Positions 38,301-47,820 of a stretch of 64,000 nt of DNA are shown here, piece by piece (the stretch's first letter is position 1; every line of letters starts with the position of its first letter). Under the pieces are notes generated by a model. It did not search any database. It saw only the letters and a program-made list of their open reading frames with translations, and was not told the DNA's origin. The DNA is from an uncultured cyanobacterium. Lineage in GTDB: Bacteria; Cyanobacteriota; Cyanobacteriia; PCC-9006; JAAUQQ01. The position numbers and the translations under genes are program-made. The DNA is taken from assembly GCA_963718615.1 (NCBI GenBank), contig OY970368.1:224001-288000 (forward strand). Direction: 5' to 3'.

Positions 38301-39181
38301 TGGATTCAGAATATGAGTGGGCAATCTTTCTACGCGGCCAAACTTACCAATCAGTGGAACGCTACGAAGATGCCATTACTGACTTCAGTCGTGCTATTAA
38401 ACTGAATTCGGAATATAAAGGGGCGATCGCCCAACGCGGCAAAACTTACCAATTGATGGAACGTTACGAAGAAGCCATCACTGACTTTAGCCGTGCGATT
38501 GAGCTGGATTCGGGATATAAATGGGCGATCGCCCAACGCGGCAAAACTTACCAATTGATGGAACGTTACGAAGAAGCCATCACTGACTTCAACCGTGCGA
38601 TTGAGCTGGATTCGGAATATAAATGGGCGATCGCCCTACGCGGCGAAACTTGCCGATTGATGAAACGCTATCCAGAAGCCCTAACCGACTTCACCCGCGC
38701 CACTGAAATCGACCCCGAATACCGCTGGGCCATCCAACACCAAGCCGAACTCCACCTCCTCACCCACCACCCCCAAACCGCCCTCCCCAGCATCAACCGC
38801 GCCCTCGAACTCGACCCCGAATCCGACTGGTTCCACTACATCCGCGCCCTCACCCACCTCACTCTCAAAAACCCCACCGCCGCCCAAACCGACCTCACCC
38901 AAGCCATCCACCTCTGCCAACAAGAATTCAACCAAAACAAAGCCGACTGGCACGACAAATTCAACCTCCCCCTCTATCACCTCGTCGCCCAAAACCCCCA
39001 ACAAGCCAAAACCCTCTACCAAACCGCCCTCAACCAAAACCCACCCCTCGAAAAAATCAAAGAAGCCATCCGCGACCTCCAAGACCTCCTCACCATCCGA
39101 CCCAACACCCCTCACGCCCCAGCCTTCCTCAACGCCCTGGAAAAAGAGTTGCAAAAGAGACAACAGCCTAACCCCTATTGA
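35337..39181 (+). pseudogene. STAND/AAA NTPase + ~19-TPR protein split by a 1-nt frameshift near 36650 (pseudogene or sequencing error)
   Basis: FVGRE, GQGGVGKS, FCLDTYE, IAGR, GRLPL; adding one G to G4 at 36649-36652 gives a continuous ~1281-aa ORF. Confidence 0.8.
37060..38730 (+). repeat. 102-bp TPR-encoding tandem array including a 306-bp block duplication
   Basis: HIP1 copies at 37097, 37505, 37811, 38117, 38423, 38525 and 38627 are all spaced by multiples of 102. Confidence 0.92.
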
Positions 39182-39281
39182 CCCCTAAAAAATCTGGCCA
39201 GATCCACAAGCCGACCCCCCAAAGCCGCCAAAAATAGCCGGTGTCTCCCCACCTCTCGAACATCCATGATCCTTTGTAAAA

Positions 39282-39355
39282 CGGGACTGGCGCGACTCGA
39301 ACGCGCGACCTAGCGCTTAGGAGGCGCTCGCTCTATCCAGCTGAGCTACAGCCCC
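39282..39355 (-). tRNA. tRNA-Arg(CCT)
   Basis: GGGGCTGTAGCTCAGCTGGATAGAGC..CTCCTAA..GTTCGAGTC..CAGTCCCG cloverleaf. Confidence 0.96.
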
Positions 39356-39528
39356 AAGAGATAAAAGTTGTTACCCATTATAAAAACCCGATCCAGACTT
39401 CACATCGGCCAAACCCCTGATGAATCAGATTAAGCCTTAGATCTCAACCCGCAAATCCCCCTTTTTTGTAGGTTTTTTTGTGGGCAGTTCTAGGCAAAGT
39501 CCTGGGGATCCGCATCCAACCCGCCCCG

Positions 39529-40107
39529 CTAAAATCGCGTCCTGGTGCGATCGCTCCCTTCCCACAGCGCCCCCTGAAGCTGACTCCACCGAAAATCCGC
39601 CTCTCTAAGATGGCTCTCCCGAAAATCCGCCTCCACACCATAGATCTGCGTTAAATGGGCCTCAACCAAATGCGCCCGCCTCAACTTCGCTCGATACAGC
39701 CAAGCCCCAATCAAATCCGCCTGGGTCAGCGTGGCATCCGTTAGATCCGCATCACAGAGATGGGCTTCCCGCAGATTGGCATTGCCTAGATTGGCCCGCA
39801 GGAGCTGAGCCCGGTTGAGAATTGCCCCTCGCAAATTGGCATCCCAGAGATTGGCCCCAATCAAATTGGTATCGCTCAGGTCTGCCCCTTGCAAATTGGC
39901 TTGGCGGAGATCCGCGCCGGTTAGGACGGCACCCCGCAGTTGGGCTTCCTGGAGATTGGCTCCTGCAAGATTGGTCCCCACGAGCGATCGCGCTGGATCC
40001 AACGCCAACCCCATCAACTCCGGCTGCACCAGAGGAAAATCCCGCCGCCAAGCGGTCCACTGAGCGAGCCCCTGGTTGAGTAAGGCCACATGCCGGGGAT
40101 TTGCCAT
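39529..40107 (-). CDS. Pentapeptide repeat protein
   Basis: A(D/N)Lxx repeats; MANPRH..LL.QG..W..WR N-terminus. Confidence 0.9.
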   Translation of the reverse strand: MANPRHVALLNQGLAQWTAWRRDFPLVQPELMGLALDPARSLVGTNLAGANLQEAQLRGAVLTGADLRQANLQGADLSDTNLIGANLWDANLRGAILNRAQLLRANLGNANLREAHLCDADLTDATLTQADLIGAWLYRAKLRRAHLVEAHLTQIYGVEADFRESHLREADFRWSQLQGALWEGSDRTRTRF

Positions 40108-40110
40108 GGC

Positions 40111-40749
40111 CTACTCCTTGCTGAGGTGCAATTCAGGGCGACCGGGAAGACTTTCGATCGCAGCGGTCACCGCCGAAGCTGCTGCCAAAATCTCCCGCTC
40201 GGGTCCCCCCAGATACAGTCGCCCAAAACTGCCCACGGAGGTGACATGCAAAATATTGATACTGGCAGCCTTTTCCGCTTCGTTGGCGGCGAGGGAGGCA
40301 TAGGCCGCAGGCTGAACCTCAAAGACAAAGAGGGTTTGTCCCGCCGTAATCATCATGCCGCGACAACTGCGGTTGATCAGTTGGGCATGGTGGGGGTCGA
40401 TATTGCGAATAATCTGGTTCGAGACGACGCGAGGCTTGAGGCTGTCTTGGCGACTGACACCGAGCTTGCTGAGGATAGCCTCCCCGGCGGCGCGGACTTC
40501 TCCTTGGTTGCTGGCGTGGATTTCCATTAAGCCATACAACCGCTCCACAAACAGCACGCCGGGGCGCACCACAGCGGCTTTCATCGCCACATCCATCAGC
40601 CGGTTGACCTCTAGACCCGGAGAAACCTCGATCCACAGGGACGCATCACCGGGCAAGGGCAAAAAACCCAGGGACACCGTTCCGACAAAGGCCGCATGTT
40701 GGGACTGGAGGTTGTCAATATAAACGTAGCTACGCAGTTCGATACCCAA
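40111..40749 (-). CDS. ccmP: Carboxysome tandem BMC shell protein CcmP
   Basis: [47 protein letters not shown]; TTG start gives 212 aa. Confidence 0.9.
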   Translation of the reverse strand: MGIELRSYVYIDNLQSQHAAFVGTVSLGFLPLPGDASLWIEVSPGLEVNRLMDVAMKAAVVRPGVLFVERLYGLMEIHASNQGEVRAAGEAILSKLGVSRQDSLKPRVVSNQIIRNIDPHHAQLINRSCRGMMITAGQTLFVFEVQPAAYASLAANEAEKAASINILHVTSVGSFGRLYLGGPEREILAAASAVTAAIESLPGRPELHLSKE

Positions 40750-40922
40750 AACAAGTCTCTCAAGAACGGCTCTAGGGGCGGCCAGGAATAGCCAGTGGGA
40801 GGCAATCTGTGGGATCACACATGGGATCACAGGGACTGCGATCGCACCGGCTTTCTATTGTTGCAGATTTGTGGGGCAGATCTTGAATATGCTGGTGTTG
40901 TGCCCTTACCAACCCTTGCATC

Positions 40923-41792
40923 ATGTGGGATGAAATCGCTCGCCAGATTAGCCAGGTTACGGCCCGTCCGTTTGCGCTGTGCGATCGCCAGTCCGTCGGG
41001 GGCGGCTGCATTAACCAGGGCTATCGGATCGAGGGGGAGGGGGGCGATCGCTACTTCGTCAAACTCAACCAGGCCAGCCAAATCGCCATGTTCGAGGCCG
41101 AGGCCCTAGGGCTCAAGCAAATGGCAGCGGCCCAGGCCATGCGGGTGCCGCGACCGATTTGTCTTGGTACGGCGGGCGGCTCTGGTTATCTGGTGCTGGA
41201 ATGGTTGGAGCTGGGGGGACGGGGGCAAACGGGTTGGGCAGAAATGGGGCGGCAGTTGGCGCGGCTGCATCGGTTGGCGAGGAGCGATCGCGGCTTCGGT
41301 TGGCAGCGCAACAATACCATCGGCTCAACCCCCCAGATCAACGACTGGACCCCAGACTGGGCCGAGTTTTGGGCCGAGCATCGCCTGGGCTATCAACTGC
41401 GGCTGGCTCAGCGCCAGGGGGGGCGGTTTGCCGGGAGCGATGACCTCCTGGCCCGGATTCCCGCCTTGCTGGCAGGCCACCATCCAGAACCTTCCCTGGT
41501 CCATGGCGATCTGTGGTCGGGCAATGCAGCCGTGATGGCGGATGGGACGCCGGTGATTTTTGATCCGGCGGTTTATTATGGCGATCGCGAAGTCGATCTG
41601 GCCATGACCGAACTCTTTGGCGGTTTCCCCGCCGCGTTTTACCAAGGCTACGAAGAAATCTGGCCCCTGCCATCAGGCTACGACCAGAGAAAAACTTTAT
41701 ACAACCTCTACCACATCCTCAATCACTTCAATCTCTTTGGGGGCGGCTACGGCTCCCAAGCCCAGCGGATGATGGAACAGTTGCTGCGATAA
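40923..41792 (+). CDS. Fructosamine kinase family protein
   Basis: GGGCIN, FEAEA.GL, LVHGDLWSGN, DPAVYYGDRE.D. Confidence 0.93.
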   Translation: MWDEIARQISQVTARPFALCDRQSVGGGCINQGYRIEGEGGDRYFVKLNQASQIAMFEAEALGLKQMAAAQAMRVPRPICLGTAGGSGYLVLEWLELGGRGQTGWAEMGRQLARLHRLARSDRGFGWQRNNTIGSTPQINDWTPDWAEFWAEHRLGYQLRLAQRQGGRFAGSDDLLARIPALLAGHHPEPSLVHGDLWSGNAAVMADGTPVIFDPAVYYGDREVDLAMTELFGGFPAAFYQGYEEIWPLPSGYDQRKTLYNLYHILNHFNLFGGGYGSQAQRMMEQLLR

Positions 41793-42086
41793 TTCCGTCT
41801 TCTCCCCTAGGAACGAGTTGTAGAGAATGCTTGAGTGGCTCTTATGCCGCCGGAATTATCGAAATTTTGTCGAGCTTCGCAAAAACTTTATCCGGAATCT
41901 GCTGATCTCTTTTCCTCGGAAGGGAATACATACGACTAGTAGAACATGTTTTCACTTTGACTGATGACCTCAGTAAATTTTCTGATGAGAACTTTCTCGT
42001 GAGAACCTTCTGATCAAACTTTTTTGGGGTATCGATCGCAACCTTTTACACCGCCATTTACACCACTGATTCAGCAGCCCTCAGCC

Positions 42087-42719
42087 ATGCAATTTACCCT
42101 TGCACAGCAGCGTGTGGCGTTTCTCACCGCTGCCTTTTTGGGGTCTTCCCAAATCACCTCTGCCGTTGCCAATCCTGCCTTTGAACAACAGGAGGTTAAT
42201 CCAGAAAATTTTGTTCTGATGGCCACGCCTTACAACAGTGGCAGTGCCCATCAGCTGACGATCGTGGAACAGCAGCAGCCCAGTCGAGCCTGTTGGAGCG
42301 AGACCGCAGCCAACCCCCATGAGGATAACGAGACCCCTGTTATCATCAATCCGCTGCTCCTCGGCTTTAATTTCAGCGGCATCTGTGGTCGCAGTACCGA
42401 TAGCAATGGCTACTCGATTCGGGTCGGTGGCGAAGACCTGAACTGGCGCTACACCGTGAAGGTCCTGGAATATAACGGTGAACTGATGCTGGTCGGTGTC
42501 CCTACGGATAATCCGGCTGAGGCCAAACTCTTGATTGCCCGTAGTCAGGGTTCTGCCCAAGACTTTTCTAAGCTTGTTTTGGAACCGGGGTGGCGGTTGA
42601 CCAAGCGGGTGTATAACGGCAAAACCCTCGGGCATCTGTATTTAACCCACGATAGTTCCCTTGCGGGTCTGGCAGCACAGGAGGTTCTGGCAGAGCGCCA
42701 ACCCGTTACGGTTCCATAA
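42087..42719 (+). CDS. Exported DUF3747-type protein
   Basis: Signal peptide; EQ....R.CW, PLLL.FNF.GICGRSTDSNGYS, Y.G..LGH.Y. Confidence 0.8.
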   Translation: MQFTLAQQRVAFLTAAFLGSSQITSAVANPAFEQQEVNPENFVLMATPYNSGSAHQLTIVEQQQPSRACWSETAANPHEDNETPVIINPLLLGFNFSGICGRSTDSNGYSIRVGGEDLNWRYTVKVLEYNGELMLVGVPTDNPAEAKLLIARSQGSAQDFSKLVLEPGWRLTKRVYNGKTLGHLYLTHDSSLAGLAAQEVLAERQPVTVP

Positions 42720-43605
42720 AGTCGGTGGGGTCAAGGCCCTGTTGTTGCAATTGGGCGAGAAGTCGAGCCAAGCGTTCCTCGGCGGCATCCGCTCGCTGGG
42801 CTTCACTGTTGGCGCGCTGGGCTTCTAGATTGGCGCGCTGGGCCTGGGCTTCGGCTTCGGTCGGAATCCAATCGCCTTGGGCATTTTGCCAACGCAGCCA
42901 GGGCCGCGTGACGCCCTTGTATTCTCCTTCCCAGAGGCCAAGACCAATCTCAAGATCGGCCAGCCAAATGCGAGGGTTCTCCTCTGCTAGCGGCTGTTCG
43001 CGATACTGGCCTGCCTGCAACTGAAAGAAGTGCAACTGATTGGTATAGCGGCTGTAGACAATGTAGTAGGGAACTTGAAGAATGTCTTCGTAGACTTTCC
43101 ATTTGGCAGGAGGACGGCGACGGGGTTGGGCTAAAAAGTCATCAATCTCAGCGGTCTCAGCGGCTGCCGGATCGATGTCGTCCGTGGTGCGGTAATAGGG
43201 GCCGAGATCTTGCTTTTCTGTCCCCGGCGAGAGTAATTCAACAATAATGCTGGGGGCAACGCCTTCGTCCCAAACCACATAGCTGAGGCGCATATCTATC
43301 CCGCTGTAGAGATAGGGCGTACCCAAGGCCACAAACCAGTCTGGGCGTTTGTGCCAGAGGGGATGGTCAGGGTCGTAGTAAAGATTAATGTCCGTGCCAG
43401 GAAAACGCTCTTGAAAGCCGTATTGCGTCAGTTGAAGCGTGGCACTGAGCAATTCGGGTTGAAGATCATGGTAAACGTCGGGCAAGCCAGGCTCCTGAGG
43501 AAATTCGCTGGGCAAATCATACATCGTCAGGTGTTGGCCCGCAGCCTGAGAAGAGGAGACTTGGGCCTCAGGCTGCTTACTAGATGCAGACAGACGAGAT
43601 TGCAT
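42706..43605 (-). CDS. Uma2-family (PD-(D/E)xK) endonuclease-like protein
   Basis: MYDLPSE..EPGLPD.YH, KRPDWF, VELLSPGT, WLRW; QRA repeat tail. Confidence 0.88.
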   Translation of the reverse strand: MQSRLSASSKQPEAQVSSSQAAGQHLTMYDLPSEFPQEPGLPDVYHDLQPELLSATLQLTQYGFQERFPGTDINLYYDPDHPLWHKRPDWFVALGTPYLYSGIDMRLSYVVWDEGVAPSIIVELLSPGTEKQDLGPYYRTTDDIDPAAAETAEIDDFLAQPRRRPPAKWKVYEDILQVPYYIVYSRYTNQLHFFQLQAGQYREQPLAEENPRIWLADLEIGLGLWEGEYKGVTRPWLRWQNAQGDWIPTEAEAQAQRANLEAQRANSEAQRADAAEERLARLLAQLQQQGLDPTDFMEP

Positions 43606-43686
43606 AGGTTTACAGGAAGCGATATTTGAATTATAGGGCGATCGCCCAACCCCCCGCTCTACCCCAAAACCCCTACCCCAAAACCC

Positions 43687-44454
43687 CTACCGCAAAACAT
43701 TCGCAGCATTAATCCGACTCAAAAACATCTGCAACCGCTCACTCTGCGGCTCCAGCATCACCTGCCGCGCTGGCCCAGATTCTTCGATTTGCCCTTGGTT
43801 GAGGAAAAACACCCGACTGGCGACTTCCTGGGCGAACTGCATTTCGTGGGTCACCACCACCATGGTCATGCCTTCCTCTGCCAACTGACGCATGACCAAC
43901 AGCACTTCGCCGACCAGCTCCGGATCTAGAGCGCTGGTGGGTTCATCGAACAGCATGATTTGGGGCTGCATGCAGAGGGAGCGGGCGATCGCCACCCGCT
44001 GTTTTTGTCCGCCCGACAACTGATCGGGATAGGCCGTTGCCTTTTCCCCTAGCCCCACCTTATGCAAGTACAGCCGAGCCGTCTCTTCGCTTTCCCGCTT
44101 CGATTGGCCCAGGACTTTGCGGGGGGCTAGGGTCAGGTTTTCCAAGACCGACAAATGGGGGAACAAGTTGAACTGCTGAAATACCATCCCCACCCGCTGG
44201 TGGAGATAGCGCAGGGATTTTGCGGGCAGCTGAGGCGCGGAAAGGTCGATGCCATCGACGGTGAGCTGTCCGCCGTTAATTTTCTCTAGACGATTAAAAC
44301 AGCGCAGCAAGGTGCTTTTGCCACAACCCGACGACCCGATCACCGCGATGACCTCACCGGGATAGATGGCCTCCGTGACGCCGCGCAGGACGCGGATTGT
44401 CCCAAACCGTTTTTCAAGCTGGTGAAAGGCGATCGCGGGCGCAGATGGGTTCAT
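43687..44454 (-). CDS. Polar amino acid ABC transporter ATPase (GlnQ/BgtA-like)
   Basis: GSSGCGKS, GMVFQQFNLFPH, LSGGQKQR, FDEPTSALDPE. Confidence 0.93.
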   Translation of the reverse strand: MNPSAPAIAFHQLEKRFGTIRVLRGVTEAIYPGEVIAVIGSSGCGKSTLLRCFNRLEKINGGQLTVDGIDLSAPQLPAKSLRYLHQRVGMVFQQFNLFPHLSVLENLTLAPRKVLGQSKRESEETARLYLHKVGLGEKATAYPDQLSGGQKQRVAIARSLCMQPQIMLFDEPTSALDPELVGEVLLVMRQLAEEGMTMVVVTHEMQFAQEVASRVFFLNQGQIEESGPARQVMLEPQSERLQMFLSRINAANVLR

Positions 44455-44736
44455 GGGAGATGGAGAACCGGCGAGAAAGGACGAAGGCTAAGTCAAAGAC
44501 TCAGTCAAAGACTCAGTCAAAGGCTAAGTCAGACGAGGCGCAATCAAAAGGAATTTATCAAAACCTATCAATTTTCCCCATCCCGGTGAGTAACTCAGAT
44601 TTGCAGGCTATCATAGCGTGACCTTTGCAAATGGCCTCAAAAAACACAAACTTTTTAAGGCTTTGTGCGTAAAATCTGAGACTTGCCTGCATAAGCCAAT
44701 CTTGTAAGCCCACTGAGTAAGCCCACTGAAAAACCG

Positions 44737-45561
44737 ATGATTAGAATCTCTCGTTCCCGTCTGCTGCGACAGTTTTCTTTAGGACTTTGTGGTGTAATTC
44801 TTGTAACTGCGATCGCCGCCTGTAGTGGAACGGGAGGAAATTCTACGGGCGCTGCTGGCGCTGGGGATAATGTTTTGACAGTGGGAAGCGATGCGGCCTA
44901 TCCGCCCTTTGAAAGTCAGTCGGCATCGGGAGATTTTGAGGGATTTGATATTGATTTGTTTCGGGCCATTGGAGAAGCCAGCGGCTTAGAAATTGAGTTT
45001 CAAAATATGACGTTTGATGGTCTAATTCCCGCCCTGCAATCCAGTACGATTGATGCAGCGGTTAGCGCCATGACAATTACGCCGGAACGGGCAAAAACCG
45101 TTGATTTTTCTAGGCCCTACTTTAAGGCGGGATTGGCGATCGCCGTTCAAGATGCTGACGAGTCGGTCAAATCCTTAGCGGATCTCAAGGGCAAGAAAAT
45201 CGCCGTTCAAATTGGCACAACTGGAGCCGATAAAGCCGCAGAAATTGAAGGGGCAAAGATCTCAACCTTTGAAACGGCTCCATTGGCCTTGCAGGAGTTG
45301 TCTAACAAAAACGTTGATGCGGTGATTAATGATTTACCCGTGACGCTTGATGCAATTAATACAGGCAATGTCAAAGGGCTCAAAGTTGTCGGTGAGTTAT
45401 TGACTGAAGAGTACTACGGTATTGCTACCCCCAAAGGCTCCGCTAATTTAGAAAAAATCAACGCGGGACTCAACACCATTATTGAGAATGGTACGTATGC
45501 CACGATTTATCAAAAGTGGTTTGGAAAGGAGCCGGAGCCCTTGCCGGAGCAGGCGCTTTAG
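44737..45561 (+). CDS. Basic amino acid/glutamine ABC substrate-binding lipoprotein
   Basis: IAAC lipobox, AYPPFE, GFDIDL, MTITPER, E.YGIA. Confidence 0.9.
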   Translation: MIRISRSRLLRQFSLGLCGVILVTAIAACSGTGGNSTGAAGAGDNVLTVGSDAAYPPFESQSASGDFEGFDIDLFRAIGEASGLEIEFQNMTFDGLIPALQSSTIDAAVSAMTITPERAKTVDFSRPYFKAGLAIAVQDADESVKSLADLKGKKIAVQIGTTGADKAAEIEGAKISTFETAPLALQELSNKNVDAVINDLPVTLDAINTGNVKGLKVVGELLTEEYYGIATPKGSANLEKINAGLNTIIENGTYATIYQKWFGKEPEPLPEQAL

Positions 45562-45622
45562 GCAAGCTCGGCAGACATGAAGATTGAGCACGCGTTATAC
45601 ATGAGGGGGAAGGGCGATCGCC

Positions 45623-46339
45623 ATGGCGGATTCGATTCAGGTCATTCTTGAGGCATTGCCACGTCTCCTCCTAGGGGCCAAAGTCACCCTTCAGCTCACA
45701 GCCGCCTCCGTGACGCTGGGGATGATTTTGGGATCTTTGTTGGGGATTGCGCGGCTCTCTCGGGTTGCAGGGATTAGCTGGGCAGCGCGAATTTATATCG
45801 ACTTCTTTCGCGGTACGCCCCTTCTGGTTCAGCTCTTTATGATCTATTTTGGGGTTCCGGCATTGGTCCAAAGTGCGGGGCTGAGTTTCTCCTTCAATCG
45901 TTGGACTGCAGCCATTTTGGCGCTGACCCTCAACAGCGCGGCCTATCTGGCCGAGATTGTCCGGGCGGGCATCCAATCCATTGAAGTGGGACAGCGGGAA
46001 GCTTCAGAAAGTCTCGGGTTGAGTCCGCCCCAAGCGATGCTCTATGTCATTTTTCCCCAGGCTTTGCGCCGGATGATTCCCCCCTTGGGTAATGAGTTTA
46101 TTGCCATGCTCAAGGACACGAGCTTGGTCGCGGTGATTGGCTTTGAAGAACTGTTTCAGCAGGGGCGGCTGATTGTGGCCAAGAACTATCGTGCCTTTGA
46201 AATTTATGTGGCAGTGGCATTGGTTTATCTAACGCTCACGGTCCTGTCTTCTTTGCTCTTCAGTCAACTGGAACGCTGGATGAATCCTGCCACAAAATCC
46301 AATTCTGCACCGAGCCTGCCCGTCGCCACCGATCCCTAG
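45623..46339 (+). CDS. Polar amino acid ABC permease
   Basis: FRGTPLLVQ, AYLAEIVRAGI, LKDTSL. Confidence 0.92.
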   Translation: MADSIQVILEALPRLLLGAKVTLQLTAASVTLGMILGSLLGIARLSRVAGISWAARIYIDFFRGTPLLVQLFMIYFGVPALVQSAGLSFSFNRWTAAILALTLNSAAYLAEIVRAGIQSIEVGQREASESLGLSPPQAMLYVIFPQALRRMIPPLGNEFIAMLKDTSLVAVIGFEELFQQGRLIVAKNYRAFEIYVAVALVYLTLTVLSSLLFSQLERWMNPATKSNSAPSLPVATDP

Positions 46340-46549
46340 CCCCCCCTAGCAGAGGATCCAATGATCTCTGTTCTCCCCATTGGTGACGTTTCGCGCGAGA
46401 ATGGGAGCAATGGATATCCGGAACGACCGGTCTCTAGAGCCTCCTCAACGCTGACTTCGCCGTTTGCGCTAGGGTGTAGATCGAGCGTTATCCCCTCACC
46501 GGTGAGTCCACCTGTGTTTTTGTGATGCGTATTTTTTGATTCATCCACC

Positions 46550-47818
46550 ATGCTTAATTTGGACACTAGTTTTGATCTCACCCAGGATGACTATGCCCGC
46601 TACTCGCGGCATCTGATCCTGCCGGAAGTCGGCGTTGAGGGACAAAAGCGCTTAAAAGCGGCGAGCGTTTTATGCATTGGCACGGGCGGCTTGGGTTCGC
46701 CACTGCTACTCTATTTGGCCGCCGCAGGCGTGGGTCGTCTGGGAATCGTGGATTTTGATGTGGTTGACCCTTCCAATCTCCAGCGTCAGGTGATCCACGG
46801 CACCTCCTGGGTCGGCAAACCCAAAATCGAGTCGGCCAAAAACCGCATTCAGGAAATCAATCCCTTTTGCCAGGTTGATCTCTACGAAACCGCCGTAACT
46901 TCAGAAAACGCCCTGGAGATTCTCGAACCCTACGACATCATCGTGGATGGCACCGACAATTTCCCGACGCGGTACTTGGTAAACGATGCCTGTGTGCTGC
47001 TTGGAAAACCCAACGTCTATGGCTCGATTTTCCGCTTTGAAGGCCAAGCGACGGTGTTCAATTCCCAAGGGGGTTGGAAACGCCCAGACGGCTGGCACGA
47101 CCTGAGCAAGGCAGAAAAAGCCGAACTCCGCCACAGGAACAAAGACTGGTTCTACGACGAAACCCTGCCAGGACCCAACTACCGCGACCTCTATCCCGAC
47201 CCGCCACCGCCGGGGATGGTACCTTCCTGTGCCGAGGGCGGCGTGCTGGGAATTTTGCCGGGAATTATTGGCGTGATCCAGGCAACGGAAACCATCAAGC
47301 TAATTCTAGGGAAAGGCCAAACCCTCAGCGGTCGGCTCATGCTCTACAACTCCTTAGACATGAAGTTCCGGGAGCTCAAGCTTCAGCCCAATCCCGATCG
47401 CCCCGTGATCGAAACCCTGATTGATTATCAAGAATTCTGTGGAATTCCCCAGGCTCAAGCTGCTGAAGAGGCAGCCAAAACCATGATCCCTGAAATGACT
47501 GTGACGGAGTTGAAGACACTACTGGATAGCGGTGCTGATGACTTTGTGCTGCTTGATGTGCGCAATCCCCATGAATATGAAATTGCTCAAATTCCAGGGT
47601 CGGTCTTGGTGCCCTTGCCAGATATTGAAAATGGTAATGGAGTTGCTCAGGTCAAGGAGGTGCTCCAGGGTAAACGGCTAGTGGCTCACTGCAAGATGGG
47701 CGGGCGATCGGCCAAGGCGCTGGCAATTCTAAAGGAAAACGGCATTGAAGGCACCAATGTTAAAGGTGGCATCACGGCCTGGAGCCAGGAAGTGGATTCT
47801 TCAGTCCCGACCTACTAA
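46550..47818 (+). CDS. moeB: MoeB/MoeZ adenylyltransferase-rhodanese
   Basis: RYSRH, GTGGLG, SNLQRQ, DGTDNF, PSCAEGG, rhodanese HCKMGGRS. Confidence 0.93.
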   Translation: MLNLDTSFDLTQDDYARYSRHLILPEVGVEGQKRLKAASVLCIGTGGLGSPLLLYLAAAGVGRLGIVDFDVVDPSNLQRQVIHGTSWVGKPKIESAKNRIQEINPFCQVDLYETAVTSENALEILEPYDIIVDGTDNFPTRYLVNDACVLLGKPNVYGSIFRFEGQATVFNSQGGWKRPDGWHDLSKAEKAELRHRNKDWFYDETLPGPNYRDLYPDPPPPGMVPSCAEGGVLGILPGIIGVIQATETIKLILGKGQTLSGRLMLYNSLDMKFRELKLQPNPDRPVIETLIDYQEFCGIPQAQAAEEAAKTMIPEMTVTELKTLLDSGADDFVLLDVRNPHEYEIAQIPGSVLVPLPDIENGNGVAQVKEVLQGKRLVAHCKMGGRSAKALAILKENGIEGTNVKGGITAWSQEVDSSVPTY

Positions 47819-47820
47819 AC

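Noticed and set aside
37060-38730. CRISPR array or diversity-generating retroelement
   Set aside because: Units are contiguous in-frame 102-bp coding repeats without unique spacers; no cas or reverse transcriptase gene; variation is not adenine-specific.
35304-39163. Several long minus-strand ORFs opposite the STAND-TPR gene
   Set aside because: Stop-poor shadows caused by the extreme strand skew; no motifs.
39282-39355. tRNA-Arg as integration site of an island
   Set aside because: No integrase and no duplicated tRNA 3' end found in the window.
42706-43605. Uma2 gene as a defence system or mobile element
   Set aside because: Uma2 paralogues are abundant and scattered in cyanobacteria; no partner genes or terminal repeats here.
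47065-47170. Intein or intron in moeB
   Set aside because: Too short, in frame, with no C/S...HN termini or intron structure.
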